From assembly GCA_002401485.1 (NCBI GenBank), contig NVTF01000001.1, forward strand, positions 1 to 59,607: a DNA stretch of 59,607 nt. The letters run 5' to 3'. Shown here in pieces: positions 18,678 through 28,020 of the stretch. The notes beneath the pieces were generated by a model. It had not been told where the DNA came from. It was given only the letters and a program-made list of their open reading frames with translations, and did not search any database. Made by a program: the position numbers and the translations under genes. How positions within the stretch are numbered: position 1 is the stretch's first letter; each line of letters begins with the position of its first letter. This stretch comes from Elusimicrobiota bacterium (GTDB lineage: Bacteria; Elusimicrobiota; Elusimicrobia; UBA1565).

Positions 18678-19924
18678 TGATTCGCAGCGCCCTCGCGTTT
18701 TGCCTCCTACTCGGCAACCTCGGGGAAGCCCGGGCCGTTGCGACGTCTGCCATCGAAGTCTATGACCTGGAAGAGGCCCTTCATAAAGCAAGCCGAAACA
18801 GCGCCATGCTTCAAAGCGCCGCCCAAGATGTAAAAATCGCCGAAGAACGCGTTAAAGAGGCGCGCGTACTTTTCTTTCCGGAATTCGGCCTGCAGGGTTC
18901 CGCGACACGCTTCAACGCTCGGCGCGCTTTTTCCTTGAGGCCCGATTTTGGAACCAACCTGCTGTTTCCCTCAAACAACGCAAATTTCTTTTCGGGCCAG
19001 GCATACGCCTCGATGCCGTTGTATGCGGGGCGAAGGAATATCAACACGTACCGCCTGGCGCAAACGGCGCTGAAGCAGGCTCGGTCCAAACACCAAACAG
19101 CAAAACTGGATGTCGCCTATCACACAAAAAAAACTTTCTACAACTTCCTGCTCGCACAGGCTGTGCTGGAGGCCACCCAGGAACTCGAAACGCGATTAAA
19201 ATCCAACCCGCCCGCGCGCTCATTCAAAACAGCCGTCCTTCAGACTGAACTTCGCGCCGCCGGGGCCCAAGCCCGCCGAAAGCTCGAACTCGCACGGCTC
19301 GATTTCCTGCGGGGCCTTAATCGCGAGCTCGACACGCTCATCCAGGTAGTCGGCAAGCTCTCCACAAAAGCCATCGAGATTGACCTGGCCAAGGCTCTAA
19401 TCTGGTCCACGGAACTGCGGCCCGAGCTTCAGTCGCGCACCTATCGCTCCCAGATGGACGCCATCGCGGTAAACCTGGCACTCGGCCGCCGCATCCCTAC
19501 TGTTGTGCTGGGGGTTGATTACGAGGTTGTGGGTGAGAAATTTCCACTGCGCCAAAACAACTGGGACGCGACCGTTGCCGTACGCATCCCCTTTGCACTG
19601 AACTTTTGGACCCAACATCGCCAACGCATCGCGGAACAACGCCAAGGCGAAATCCAACGGGCAGAATTGCGCGACACCGTACACCTGGAAGTCAGGAAGG
19701 CGCACAAGAATCTTTTCTTCTGGAATACGGAGTGGGCCACGCGCGAGAGTGAGTTCAACCTCCTGCGGGGTCTTTATGAAGCATCCGGGTCCGCTTCCGG
19801 CCTCAGCGGCGGCGCCAGCGTTTTACGTGCCCAACGGCGATTTCTGGAAGCCGTCACCGAACACCTCCTTTCGCGCTCCCGACTGGAACGTGCGATCGGC
19901 CGCGAAATCGCGGATCCATTATGA
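18677..19924 (+). CDS. TolC-family outer-membrane efflux protein
   Basis: 415 aa with a signal peptide. LEEALHKASRNSAMLQSAAQDVKIAEERVKEAR and a second repeat half, as in OEP/TolC proteins. Confidence 0.82.
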   Translation: MIRSALAFCLLLGNLGEARAVATSAIEVYDLEEALHKASRNSAMLQSAAQDVKIAEERVKEARVLFFPEFGLQGSATRFNARRAFSLRPDFGTNLLFPSNNANFFSGQAYASMPLYAGRRNINTYRLAQTALKQARSKHQTAKLDVAYHTKKTFYNFLLAQAVLEATQELETRLKSNPPARSFKTAVLQTELRAAGAQARRKLELARLDFLRGLNRELDTLIQVVGKLSTKAIEIDLAKALIWSTELRPELQSRTYRSQMDAIAVNLALGRRIPTVVLGVDYEVVGEKFPLRQNNWDATVAVRIPFALNFWTQHRQRIAEQRQGEIQRAELRDTVHLEVRKAHKNLFFWNTEWATRESEFNLLRGLYEASGSASGLSGGASVLRAQRRFLEAVTEHLLSRSRLERAIGREIADPL

Positions 19925-20871
19925 TTCGGATCGTAGCGTTGCTGGCGCTCCTCACTACTACCGCCCGCGCGGAGATGCAATCCCCGGACGCTCTGTTGCG
20001 GGATCATTTATGGCGCCAGGTTCAAACGCTTGAACCCGGGCAACGCCCTCGCGTGGGCCTCGTCTTATCCGCAGGATCTGTACGCGGCCTCGCTCACATC
20101 GGCGTCATTCACGTGCTGCATGATGCGGGTTTCCCCATCGACATCGTTGCCGGAACCTCCATGGGTGCGGTTATCGGCTCGTTTTTCTCCGGCGGCTACA
20201 GCATGGAAAAAATGTGGAGCGTCGGGGCCAAAATGCGGATGAACTCCGGAAACAACTTCAGCAAAATCCGATTAATCAGCCTCATCCTCAACGACCAACT
20301 CCTCTCCAGCGCCCCCCTGGAAAAGCTGCTCAATGACGGGCTCGGAGACCGACGCTTCGACCAACTCGACAAACCCTTTGCCTGCGTCGCCATGGACATC
20401 TCCACCGGTGAAAAGATTATTTTCAGAGACGGGCCGCTCGCACCCGCGGTACGCGCCTCAATGAATATGCCGGGAATTTTTAAACCCGTTCTCTATCGGC
20501 ACCGCTACCTGGTTGATGGCGGCGTTGTAGACTATGTGCCCGTTGATGCCGCGAAACTCCTCGGGGCGGAATGGATCTTGGCCAGTGTGACGGAAGGGGA
20601 TTACTCCAACGACACGCCAACCAATGTTCTGGGCGCCTTGGAACAAGTCATTGATATTCGCGGAGCGATCCTTTCGCGCCAACAGCGGCGCGAAGCCGAC
20701 TACCTCATAGAACCGGAAGTCGGGAAGATAGCCTACTACGATGTATCCCGCTCCGTTGAGGTCATGGAACGGGGAATGCGCGCCGCGCGTAAACAACTGC
20801 AGGGGGCCAAAGACAACTACATACTCCGCTCCCTCCCGGGCCTCTGGTCCCATTGGAAACCGAAACAATGA
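19921..20871 (+). CDS. Exported patatin-like phospholipase
   Basis: Signal peptide MIRIVALLALLTTTARA. GLVLSAGSVRGLAHIG, GTSMGAVIG (GxSxG) and VDGGVVDYVP. Confidence 0.9.
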   Translation: MIRIVALLALLTTTARAEMQSPDALLRDHLWRQVQTLEPGQRPRVGLVLSAGSVRGLAHIGVIHVLHDAGFPIDIVAGTSMGAVIGSFFSGGYSMEKMWSVGAKMRMNSGNNFSKIRLISLILNDQLLSSAPLEKLLNDGLGDRRFDQLDKPFACVAMDISTGEKIIFRDGPLAPAVRASMNMPGIFKPVLYRHRYLVDGGVVDYVPVDAAKLLGAEWILASVTEGDYSNDTPTNVLGALEQVIDIRGAILSRQQRREADYLIEPEVGKIAYYDVSRSVEVMERGMRAARKQLQGAKDNYILRSLPGLWSHWKPKQ

Positions 20872-21821
20872 GACGCCTAACACCGATACTGGTCGTCCTG
20901 CTCGCCGGCTGCGGCAGCATCGGCCGCCGCGCGGAGATTCGCTTGCGCCTCGACAACCTCTCCGCAGAGGCCGCCGCCGGAAAACATGTTTCCGTCATCG
21001 CCGCACTCTCAGGGGACACCATTCATACCCTTCAGAAATTTGCCCGTCCGCGCGCCTATTTGCTCCTTGGCCAAAGCCTGCGCCTCAACGGCGAACTCGG
21101 CAAAGCCCTGCAGCTGTTTCAGCTCGCCGAAGGTCTCTACCCGAAAAATCTAAGCCTGCTCACCGAGCTAGCATCGGTTCTCCATCATGCGGGTCTCGAT
21201 GACCGGGCGCGTCCGTATTACCGCCGGATTCTCAAGATTCACCCCAACAATGCCGCTTCCAATCATGGCATTGCCGAAATTTTCCGCTCCGAGGGGAATC
21301 TCACCGCGTCCAAATTGCACTACGAACGGACACTTAGCGAGATGGGATGGGACCAAAACGCCTTGATCTGGCTGGACTATGGAAGCGTCCTCTTGGAACG
21401 GCGGGATTTTAAGGAAGCAGTCACGGCCCTCGAACGCTCCGTATCCCTTTCAAAAACAACGAATTCACTGCTGGCACTCGCACGCGCCAAACGCGCGTTC
21501 GGAGACAAAGCCGAGTCCCGTAAACATGCCAACGCCGCCTTCCGCCTCGACCCTGAACGCGAAGACGCGCTGCTCCAACGCGGTCTCTGGGAATTGGAAG
21601 ACATGGATTTAGAAGCAGCGAGTGCAACCGCTCAACTTGTCCTCAGCACAGAGAGCGATCACCCGCTCGCGCGTTGGCTGCGGGCGTCGGTCCATTTACG
21701 CCGAGGGGAACTCGAACAGGCAAGCGCCGATTTGGTTGTAGCCGCGGCGGCCGGGCGAAAAAATCCGTTCATCGCCAAAACCGCCCGTGCGATGCTGGAG
21801 CGCCTGATGGGAAATCCGTGA
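20868..21821 (+). CDS. TPR-repeat lipoprotein
   Basis: ATGA overlap start. MRRLTPILVVLLAGCGS contains a lipobox, followed by multiple TPR-like 34-aa units. Confidence 0.78.
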   Translation: MRRLTPILVVLLAGCGSIGRRAEIRLRLDNLSAEAAAGKHVSVIAALSGDTIHTLQKFARPRAYLLLGQSLRLNGELGKALQLFQLAEGLYPKNLSLLTELASVLHHAGLDDRARPYYRRILKIHPNNAASNHGIAEIFRSEGNLTASKLHYERTLSEMGWDQNALIWLDYGSVLLERRDFKEAVTALERSVSLSKTTNSLLALARAKRAFGDKAESRKHANAAFRLDPEREDALLQRGLWELEDMDLEAASATAQLVLSTESDHPLARWLRASVHLRRGELEQASADLVVAAAAGRKNPFIAKTARAMLERLMGNP

Positions 21822-22525
21822 AGTTCACAAAACTTTCGGGGGCAGGCAACGATTTTATCCTCATCGATGCAACCCGCCGCAAAGGCGTCTCCTGGCCCGC
21901 TCTCGCGCGAAAACTCTGCCCGCGAGGTTCCGCAATCGGAGCGGACGGACTTCTAGTTGTTTGCCAAGCAAAAACCCCGCAAGTCGTTTACTACAACGCA
22001 GATGGTTCCAAGGCATTCTGCGGCAATGGAATGCGCTGCGCCGCCTGGTGGATGCACCATGCCGGCTGGGCTGGGAAAACGTTGTCGATGAACACCCATG
22101 CCGGCACGCTGTCAGCAAAAATCATCGGTCCCGAACGCGCATCCGTCAATATGCCCGACATCAAGGTCCTCGCCAAGAACCGCGTCGACACAGGCGTACC
22201 GCATGTTGTGGTGCACGTCTCCCCCCGTAAATTAAAGCAGTTGGACCCGGTGGCTCTCGGGCGACCGCTGCGCCGTCGCTTCAATGCAAACGTTAATTTT
22301 GTCTCGAATGAAATTCGAGTCCGCACCTACGAACGCGGCGTCGAAGATGAAACCCTGGCCTGCGGCACCGGCGTCGTCGCCGCCGCCTGGCTCTCGGGCC
22401 GCAAGAGCCCGGTAACCGTTCGCGCGAAGGGCGGCACTCTGCGCGTGAAATTTGACCCCGATGGAACAAACGTTTTCTTAGAGGGACCCGTACGAAAAAC
22501 TTACGAAGGGGAGACGCAGTTATGA
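21818..22525 (+). CDS. dapF: Diaminopimelate epimerase
   Basis: GTGA overlap start. VKFTKLSGAGNDFILID, and both catalytic Cys contexts (FCGNGMRC, ETLACGTG). The upstream part of the track ORF overlaps the TPR gene. Confidence 0.85.
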   Translation: MKFTKLSGAGNDFILIDATRRKGVSWPALARKLCPRGSAIGADGLLVVCQAKTPQVVYYNADGSKAFCGNGMRCAAWWMHHAGWAGKTLSMNTHAGTLSAKIIGPERASVNMPDIKVLAKNRVDTGVPHVVVHVSPRKLKQLDPVALGRPLRRRFNANVNFVSNEIRVRTYERGVEDETLACGTGVVAAAWLSGRKSPVTVRAKGGTLRVKFDPDGTNVFLEGPVRKTYEGETQL

Positions 22526-23397
22526 GATTTGCAGGAACCTTTACCGCCCTGATCACACCATTTAAGAACGGAGCCGTCGATGAGAAGGCGCTGCGAAAAC
22601 TCATTCGTTTCCAAATCCGCTCCGGCATCTCGGGGCTTGTTCCCTGCGGTTCAACAGGGGAAGCCGCCGCGCTCGACCCGGATGAATATCAGCGCGTCAT
22701 CGAAATCACCGTTGAAGAAGCACGCGGGAAAGTTCCGGTTGTGCCCGGCGTCGGCACCAATGGCACCGCTAAAACCATCACCCAAACAAAGGCGGTCGAG
22801 AAACTCGGCGTCGACGGGCTGCTTGTGATTGTCCCCTATTACAACAAACCCACCCAGGACGGCCTCTACAATCACTTCGCCGCGGTTGCCAAAGCCGTCA
22901 AACTGCCCATCGTCGTCTACAATATTCCCGGACGCACAGCGATTAACCTGGCCCCCGACACCCTCGCTCGACTCGCCAAAAAATATTCCAACATCGTCGC
23001 CACCAAGGAGGCGAGCGGCTCGCTGGACCAGGTCGCCGAAGTACTTTCAAAGTGTCCCTACGAATTCACCGTCCTGGCGGGTGACGATGGCCTCGTTGTT
23101 CCAATGATGTCGATTGGCGCTCGCGGCGTCATCAGCGTTACGTCCAATCTCTATCCACGGGCTATGTCGAAGATGACCGCGGCGGCCCTCCAGGATGATT
23201 TCCGCACCGCCCGACGCCTGCACGCGAAAATATTTCCAGTGGTGAAGGCTCTCTTCTTGGAAACAAATCCTATCCCCATCAAGGACGCGATGAAAACCGC
23301 CGGATACGGCGACGGGAAACCGCGCCTGCCCCTTTTGCCCCTGACAGCACCCAGCCGCAAAAAAATGCGGGCGGTTCTCAAGGCGACGAAATTCTAA
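22522..23397 (+). CDS. dapA: 4-hydroxy-tetrahydrodipicolinate synthase
   Basis: 291 aa. ALITPF, GLVPCGSTGE, YYNKPTQDGLYNHF, VVYNIPGRT and IVATKEASG (the Schiff-base Lys context). Confidence 0.95.
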   Translation: MRFAGTFTALITPFKNGAVDEKALRKLIRFQIRSGISGLVPCGSTGEAAALDPDEYQRVIEITVEEARGKVPVVPGVGTNGTAKTITQTKAVEKLGVDGLLVIVPYYNKPTQDGLYNHFAAVAKAVKLPIVVYNIPGRTAINLAPDTLARLAKKYSNIVATKEASGSLDQVAEVLSKCPYEFTVLAGDDGLVVPMMSIGARGVISVTSNLYPRAMSKMTAAALQDDFRTARRLHAKIFPVVKALFLETNPIPIKDAMKTAGYGDGKPRLPLLPLTAPSRKKMRAVLKATKF

Positions 23398-23624
23398 TGA
23401 AGTGGAAAGCCGCCGTATGGATTTTTGCGGGGCTGCTCTACTTATTGTGGCCCTACGATGTCATTCCTGATTTTCTCGCCTTTGTCGGCTGGGTCGACGA
23501 TATCCTCATCGTAGTCCTTGCCATCTACATGGCAGCCAAAGGCCTTAAAAAGAAACTCGAACGTCCGGGCAAACACGATCATGGTGATGTGATCGATGTT
23601 GAAGCGGAAGACGAAGATAATTAA
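23397..23624 (+). CDS. YkvA/DUF1232-like small membrane protein
   Basis: 75 aa. LLYLLWPYDVIPDFLAFVGWVDDILIVVLAI matches the DUF1232 pattern. Confidence 0.65.
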   Translation: MKWKAAVWIFAGLLYLLWPYDVIPDFLAFVGWVDDILIVVLAIYMAAKGLKKKLERPGKHDHGDVIDVEAEDEDN

Positions 23625-23821
23625 TCGTTCTTAAGAAAAAGAGCGGCCGTCAACGCCATCCCGACAATCCACAACGCAGGCCCATGCGTGATCACATAAG
23701 GGTAGCCGCACAACAGCGCCCCAACAATCATTGGCTTGGGTTTTCCCTGTTTCTTGCCATAGCCAAACGCCGCCATGCCAATCAATCCGAAGATGAGGCC
23801 CGCGTAGAGCTGCTCCGCCAT
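23621..23821 (-). CDS. Small two-TM membrane protein (hypothetical)
   Basis: In-frame ATG at 23821 gives MAEQLYAGLIFGLIGMAAFGYGKK...WIVGMALTAALFLKND. It shares one base with the udk stop codon. The longer track ORF overlaps udk. Confidence 0.45.
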   Translation of the reverse strand: MAEQLYAGLIFGLIGMAAFGYGKKQGKPKPMIVGALLCGYPYVITHGPALWIVGMALTAALFLKND

Positions 23822-24471
23822 CAGACCTTGAGTGTGGGGTAGTCGATGCCGTTGCGCTTGTGAAGGAGGCGGGCCTTTACCTCGGCAAGAACTTCCTTTC
23901 GGAATTTTTTGTCTTCCAACTGATGCCAACGAAACGTCGCGTTCTTCGCGGACGGCTGAATAAACTTATCATGCATCGGACGAACGAAGCTCTCGTAGAC
24001 GCGCAGAGTTTCATCCAAGTCGATGCGCCGGTGCGTGACGTCGCGGCGAACGCGCCGAAGCAGGCGTTCGTCAGCCGGAACCTCTATAAATATCGACAGG
24101 TCCAAGCGGCTCAAGACGCTTTTGTTCTGAAGGACAAAGAGACCATCCACGATGATCACGGACTTCGGCTCGATTCGCTGGATGCCGGTCCGGGCGTGGG
24201 TCACGTATTCGTAGACGGGCGCGTCGATCGCCTCGCCCTTGCGCAGCGCGTCGAGCTGTTTTACCAGCAGCGGAAACTCAATCGCGCTCGGGTGATCAAC
24301 ATTAACCTTCTCAACTTCCTTTGTGCAGAGGCTGCCATTGTCCTTGTAGTACCAATCCTGGCAGAAAACAACAGCGTTGCCCTTCATTCCCTCTACGATG
24401 TAACTGGAGAGAACCGATTTTCCGGACGCGCTGCCGCCGCAAATCCCAATAGTAACGACGGGGGGCTTCAT
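23821..24471 (-). CDS. udk: Uridine/cytidine kinase
   Basis: P-loop VTIGICGGSASGKS and a Udk-like core (DHPSAIEF, IVDGLFVL, RRVRRD). The ORF extends to 24576. I prefer the ATG at 24471, which gives 216 aa. Confidence 0.78.
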   Translation of the reverse strand: MKPPVVTIGICGGSASGKSVLSSYIVEGMKGNAVVFCQDWYYKDNGSLCTKEVEKVNVDHPSAIEFPLLVKQLDALRKGEAIDAPVYEYVTHARTGIQRIEPKSVIIVDGLFVLQNKSVLSRLDLSIFIEVPADERLLRRVRRDVTHRRIDLDETLRVYESFVRPMHDKFIQPSAKNATFRWHQLEDKKFRKEVLAEVKARLLHKRNGIDYPTLKV

Positions 24472-24619
24472 TGGTTTGATGGTATCAAATGGGCGCGCTC
24501 TCGGTTGAGGACCCAGAGCAAAATTGGGACCTTGGATCATTACCTCATAGGCCTCGGTCCTAATATTTTTAGCCATTTGCTTCAGGCGAGCCGGGGACCA
24601 GCAGTGTTATGATTGACCC

Positions 24620-27337
24620 ATGAAACCTGCCCCGCTCCGAAAACCCGTTTCTCTTGCCCTTGCTTTTATTCTCGCCTCGTTGGGCCCCGCGTCGGTTCCC
24701 GCCGCCCGGGCGAAGCGCTTTTCAAGCCGCAGCGTCTCGTTTCGCAGCTTGCCTCTGTCCGGCCCGGGCGCTGTCGCCGCACTCTCAGCACTCACGATGC
24801 CTGGACTTGAGATTTCCAGCCTCCCGAGTTTAGACCTAGCCGTGCTGCCCGCCTTTCCCCGCCCTAATACCCTCCCGTTTCAAGGAGTGCCAAACGAGCA
24901 GGCAAGCCTCATACTCCGCCCCGATATCAGCATGCCGCCCCCCAGCCCCAAGGCCGACGACCCAAACCCAATCACAGCCATTGCCGAGTTGGGCAGGTCG
25001 CTCAAAACGTTCCAGCCCCGAAGAAACCCGGAAGCACGGGGCTCCTCGTTTGACGCCCTTTTCGACGGCCAAGGGGCCGGGATCGGCGCAAGCGCCGTTA
25101 ATAGCGCGGACCCGGAGCAATCCGAGACCGGGGACGGTGAGAGGTCATTTGCCATAGCCTTAGGGGAGTTGACGGTTATGCCCGCCAAGAACATCAGCAA
25201 ATTAGTCCTGCCTCAACATCCCTATGAAGACCCCCTTCGCATCATCGCCGACGGCAAGGGCGGGACTTATCTAATCTTATATTCCGGAAATCCAGACCAG
25301 ATTGAAGGATCAGTCGGTTTGCAGGCCAAGTTCGTAGGCATGGAAACTACGCCCGAAGGCCTGTTGATAACAATGGAGGAGAAGCAGAGGGTCATTATCA
25401 AGGCGAAAACCTCAGATTACACGCTCGATGTCGCCGAGGTCCAAACAATCCTCCCGGAAAATCCCTTAAATGAAACCCGCGCTCGCGCGGCCTACACCCG
25501 AATTCTCAATAAGCTCGATCCCAATGAAGACCCCAAGGCAAAAGTCGAAGCCATCGACGCATTAGAGCAATGGGAGAAAGTCACCCAATCATTATCGGGG
25601 GAGTTCAAATTTAGCCTTCAGTACGAAATCCTCCAGGAAGCGAATTCCCTGCACGAACGCCTCGAAATGATGGCCAGGATGATGGAGACCGGCCGGCATA
25701 ACATGAGCGAGGCCGTTGAGAAGCCCGATATCGAGCAGCAGATCGAAAATTCATGGATGTCCGCAGAGGCGCGAAAAACCGCCCTCGAAGAGATGCATAA
25801 GATGGCCGGGGAAAGAAGCGAGGATAAGGCCCGAACCGAGCAGTACCTCAATTGGCTTTTGAAAATGCCCTGGGATGCCCGAAGCCAAGACGATGTGGAT
25901 CTCGATAAGGCCCGGGAGATTTTGGATCGGGGGCACTACGGCCTGGAGAAGGTCAAGGATCACATAATCGAGTTCCTCGCCGTGCACAAACGCCTCGATA
26001 ACGGCAAGGGAGCCATCCTCCTGTTCGACGGCCCCCCCGGCACTGGCAAGACCACCATAGCGAAGGCAATCGCCGAAGCCATGGGGCGGAAGTTTGAGCG
26101 CATCTCCTTGGGCGGTGTTCATGCCGAGTCCAAGATCCGCGGATTTTTGAGAGCCTTCCAGGACTCGCGACCGGGGGTCATCGTAGAAATGCTCGCACGG
26201 GCCAAGACGAAGAACCCCGTGTTGCTGCTCGATGAAATCGAGAAGATGACCCAAGGCGGCTCCGTCGGCGACCCGACCTCGGCCCTGCTTGAAGTACTCG
26301 ATCCGCAGCAAAATGAGACCTTCACCGATCACTACCTAAACGTCCCCTTTGACCTTTCGGAGGTAATTTTTATCGGGACCTCCAACGACCTTGGGCAGCT
26401 CCCTGCCCCGCTGCTCAGCCGGATGGAGATTGTGCATTTTGACGGCTACACCCCGCTCGAGAAGAAGGAGATCGCTAAGCGCCATCTCGTGGGGCGCGCC
26501 CGCAAGGCCACCGGTCTAGACGAACATGAGGCGACCCTGTCCGACCAAGCCCTGTCCTTACTCATCGATGCCTACGCCCCCGAAGCGGGAGTCCGAAAAC
26601 TCAGCCAAGCCGTCGAACGGTTATTTCGCAAACTCGTGGCCCTAATCGAGACGGGAAAGCGTACCGTCTTCGGCGAACTCGATGGGGCCGCGGTGGAAGA
26701 ACAGCTCGGCGCACGGGTGGCCGGAGAGAATATCCCGGTGAAAAACGGCGTCGGCGTGGCCAGCGGTCTGGCCTACACGTCAATCGGAGGCGTGGTCCTC
26801 AAACTTGAGGTTAAAGCCTTTGCGGATGGCAAGGGAAAAATTGAGGTGACGGGAAGCATTAAGGACGTCATGAAGGAGTCCGCAAAGATCGCCCTCACCC
26901 ACGTCCGTTCACTCGAGGGACTCGAGATCGACCCCGCCCTATTTAACACGATGGACCTGCACATCCATTTCCCGGCCGGCGCAACACCCAAGGACGGTCC
27001 CTCCGCAGGGGTCACCCTGGTCACGGCTATCGTGAGCCGTCTCACGGGACGTCCGGTGAAAAAAGGCGTCGCAATGACCGGGGAGGTCACCCTCACCGGC
27101 GAGGTCCTGCCTATCGGCGGACTCAAGGCAAAGGCGATGGGAGCCCACCGTTTGGGTTATAAGAAGGTGCTCTTCCCGAAAGCCAACGAAAGTGACCTGC
27201 GCGAGATTCCCCAGGAGGTCCGTGACGGCCTCGAGCTGGTCCCGGTGGCGACCATCGATGAAGTGCTGGAACACGCGCTGGAGAAGGAGGCGACGGTGCC
27301 CGCGCTCCGTGCGCCGAAGCCGAAGCAAGGATTTTAG
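24620..27337 (+). CDS. LonA-like AAA+ serine protease with a non-canonical, hydrophobic-leader N-terminal region
   Basis: 905 aa. HYGLEKVKDHIIEFLAV, Walker A GPPGTGKTT, Walker B LLLDEIEK, protease site PKDGPSAGVT with a downstream PIGGLKAK lysine. The first ~380 aa lack the usual Lon N-domain. Confidence 0.88.
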   Translation: MKPAPLRKPVSLALAFILASLGPASVPAARAKRFSSRSVSFRSLPLSGPGAVAALSALTMPGLEISSLPSLDLAVLPAFPRPNTLPFQGVPNEQASLILRPDISMPPPSPKADDPNPITAIAELGRSLKTFQPRRNPEARGSSFDALFDGQGAGIGASAVNSADPEQSETGDGERSFAIALGELTVMPAKNISKLVLPQHPYEDPLRIIADGKGGTYLILYSGNPDQIEGSVGLQAKFVGMETTPEGLLITMEEKQRVIIKAKTSDYTLDVAEVQTILPENPLNETRARAAYTRILNKLDPNEDPKAKVEAIDALEQWEKVTQSLSGEFKFSLQYEILQEANSLHERLEMMARMMETGRHNMSEAVEKPDIEQQIENSWMSAEARKTALEEMHKMAGERSEDKARTEQYLNWLLKMPWDARSQDDVDLDKAREILDRGHYGLEKVKDHIIEFLAVHKRLDNGKGAILLFDGPPGTGKTTIAKAIAEAMGRKFERISLGGVHAESKIRGFLRAFQDSRPGVIVEMLARAKTKNPVLLLDEIEKMTQGGSVGDPTSALLEVLDPQQNETFTDHYLNVPFDLSEVIFIGTSNDLGQLPAPLLSRMEIVHFDGYTPLEKKEIAKRHLVGRARKATGLDEHEATLSDQALSLLIDAYAPEAGVRKLSQAVERLFRKLVALIETGKRTVFGELDGAAVEEQLGARVAGENIPVKNGVGVASGLAYTSIGGVVLKLEVKAFADGKGKIEVTGSIKDVMKESAKIALTHVRSLEGLEIDPALFNTMDLHIHFPAGATPKDGPSAGVTLVTAIVSRLTGRPVKKGVAMTGEVTLTGEVLPIGGLKAKAMGAHRLGYKKVLFPKANESDLREIPQEVRDGLELVPVATIDEVLEHALEKEATVPALRAPKPKQGF

Positions 27338-27393
27338 GCCTGGTTTAACTCAAGATAGTTGTTGAGACCGACCGAGGGCGCTACAATGTCTGC

Positions 27394-28020
27394 GTGATTG
27401 AATACGTAATCGCCCAAAACCCTGATGACCGGATTATCAACAGAGCCTGCAAGGTTCTGGAGAAAGGGGGACTCGTGTGCCTCCCGACCGATTCCAATTG
27501 GGTGGTTGTGGCCGACCCGGCCTCAAAAGCGGGCGTTAAAAGCCTCTATAAGCTCAAAAAGGCCGACCCCCAGAAACATTTCAGCGTTTTGTGCGACACC
27601 ATAGCGAAGGCGATGGAGATCGCACACATCGAAACAACCGCCTTCCGGCTGCTGAAGAAAAAAATTCCCGGACACTTCACCTTTATTTTTCGGGCGAAGA
27701 AGTCGATCATTAAATACCTGGAGGCTTCCAAACGCGATCACGAAATTGGAATCCGGTTTCCCCCCTGTATTCTCGTTCAACGACTCATTGAAGCCTACGG
27801 AAATGTCCTGCTCTCAACCAACATCACCCACGAGGTGCTTAGCATAGAAGACGAGTCCGTTGAAATTTACGGCTATCTCATCGGGGACACCCTTTCCAAT
27901 ACCATCGGGCACGTGCTCGACACGGGCGAAACCGAATTCGCCGGACCGAGCACCATCGTCAATCTTACCGATGAAGCAAATCCGGTCGTTGTTCGGCGCG
28001 GCGCAGGGGATTGGGATTAG
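27394..28020 (+). CDS. tsaC: L-threonylcarbamoyladenylate synthase (YrdC/TsaC family)
   Basis: 208 aa with a YrdC-domain pattern (VLEKGGLVCLPTDSNWVVVADP ... PSTIVNL). GTG start. Confidence 0.8.
   Translation: MIEYVIAQNPDDRIINRACKVLEKGGLVCLPTDSNWVVVADPASKAGVKSLYKLKKADPQKHFSVLCDTIAKAMEIAHIETTAFRLLKKKIPGHFTFIFRAKKSIIKYLEASKRDHEIGIRFPPCILVQRLIEAYGNVLLSTNITHEVLSIEDESVEIYGYLIGDTLSNTIGHVLDTGETEFAGPSTIVNLTDEANPVVVRRGAGDWD

Noticed and set aside
24472-24576. 35-codon N-terminal extension of udk given by the track ORF
   Set aside because: It would leave only 43 bp for two divergent promoters. The P-loop follows directly after the internal Met (MKPPVVTIGICGGSASGKS), as in typical uridine kinases. The call is kept as uncertain rather than disproven.
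24620-24712. Reading the Lon-like leader as a cleavable secretion signal, implying a secreted AAA+ protease
   Set aside because: An ATP-dependent protease cannot work outside the cytoplasm. The charge distribution (more Arg/Lys after the hydrophobic segment) fits an N-out/C-in membrane anchor instead.
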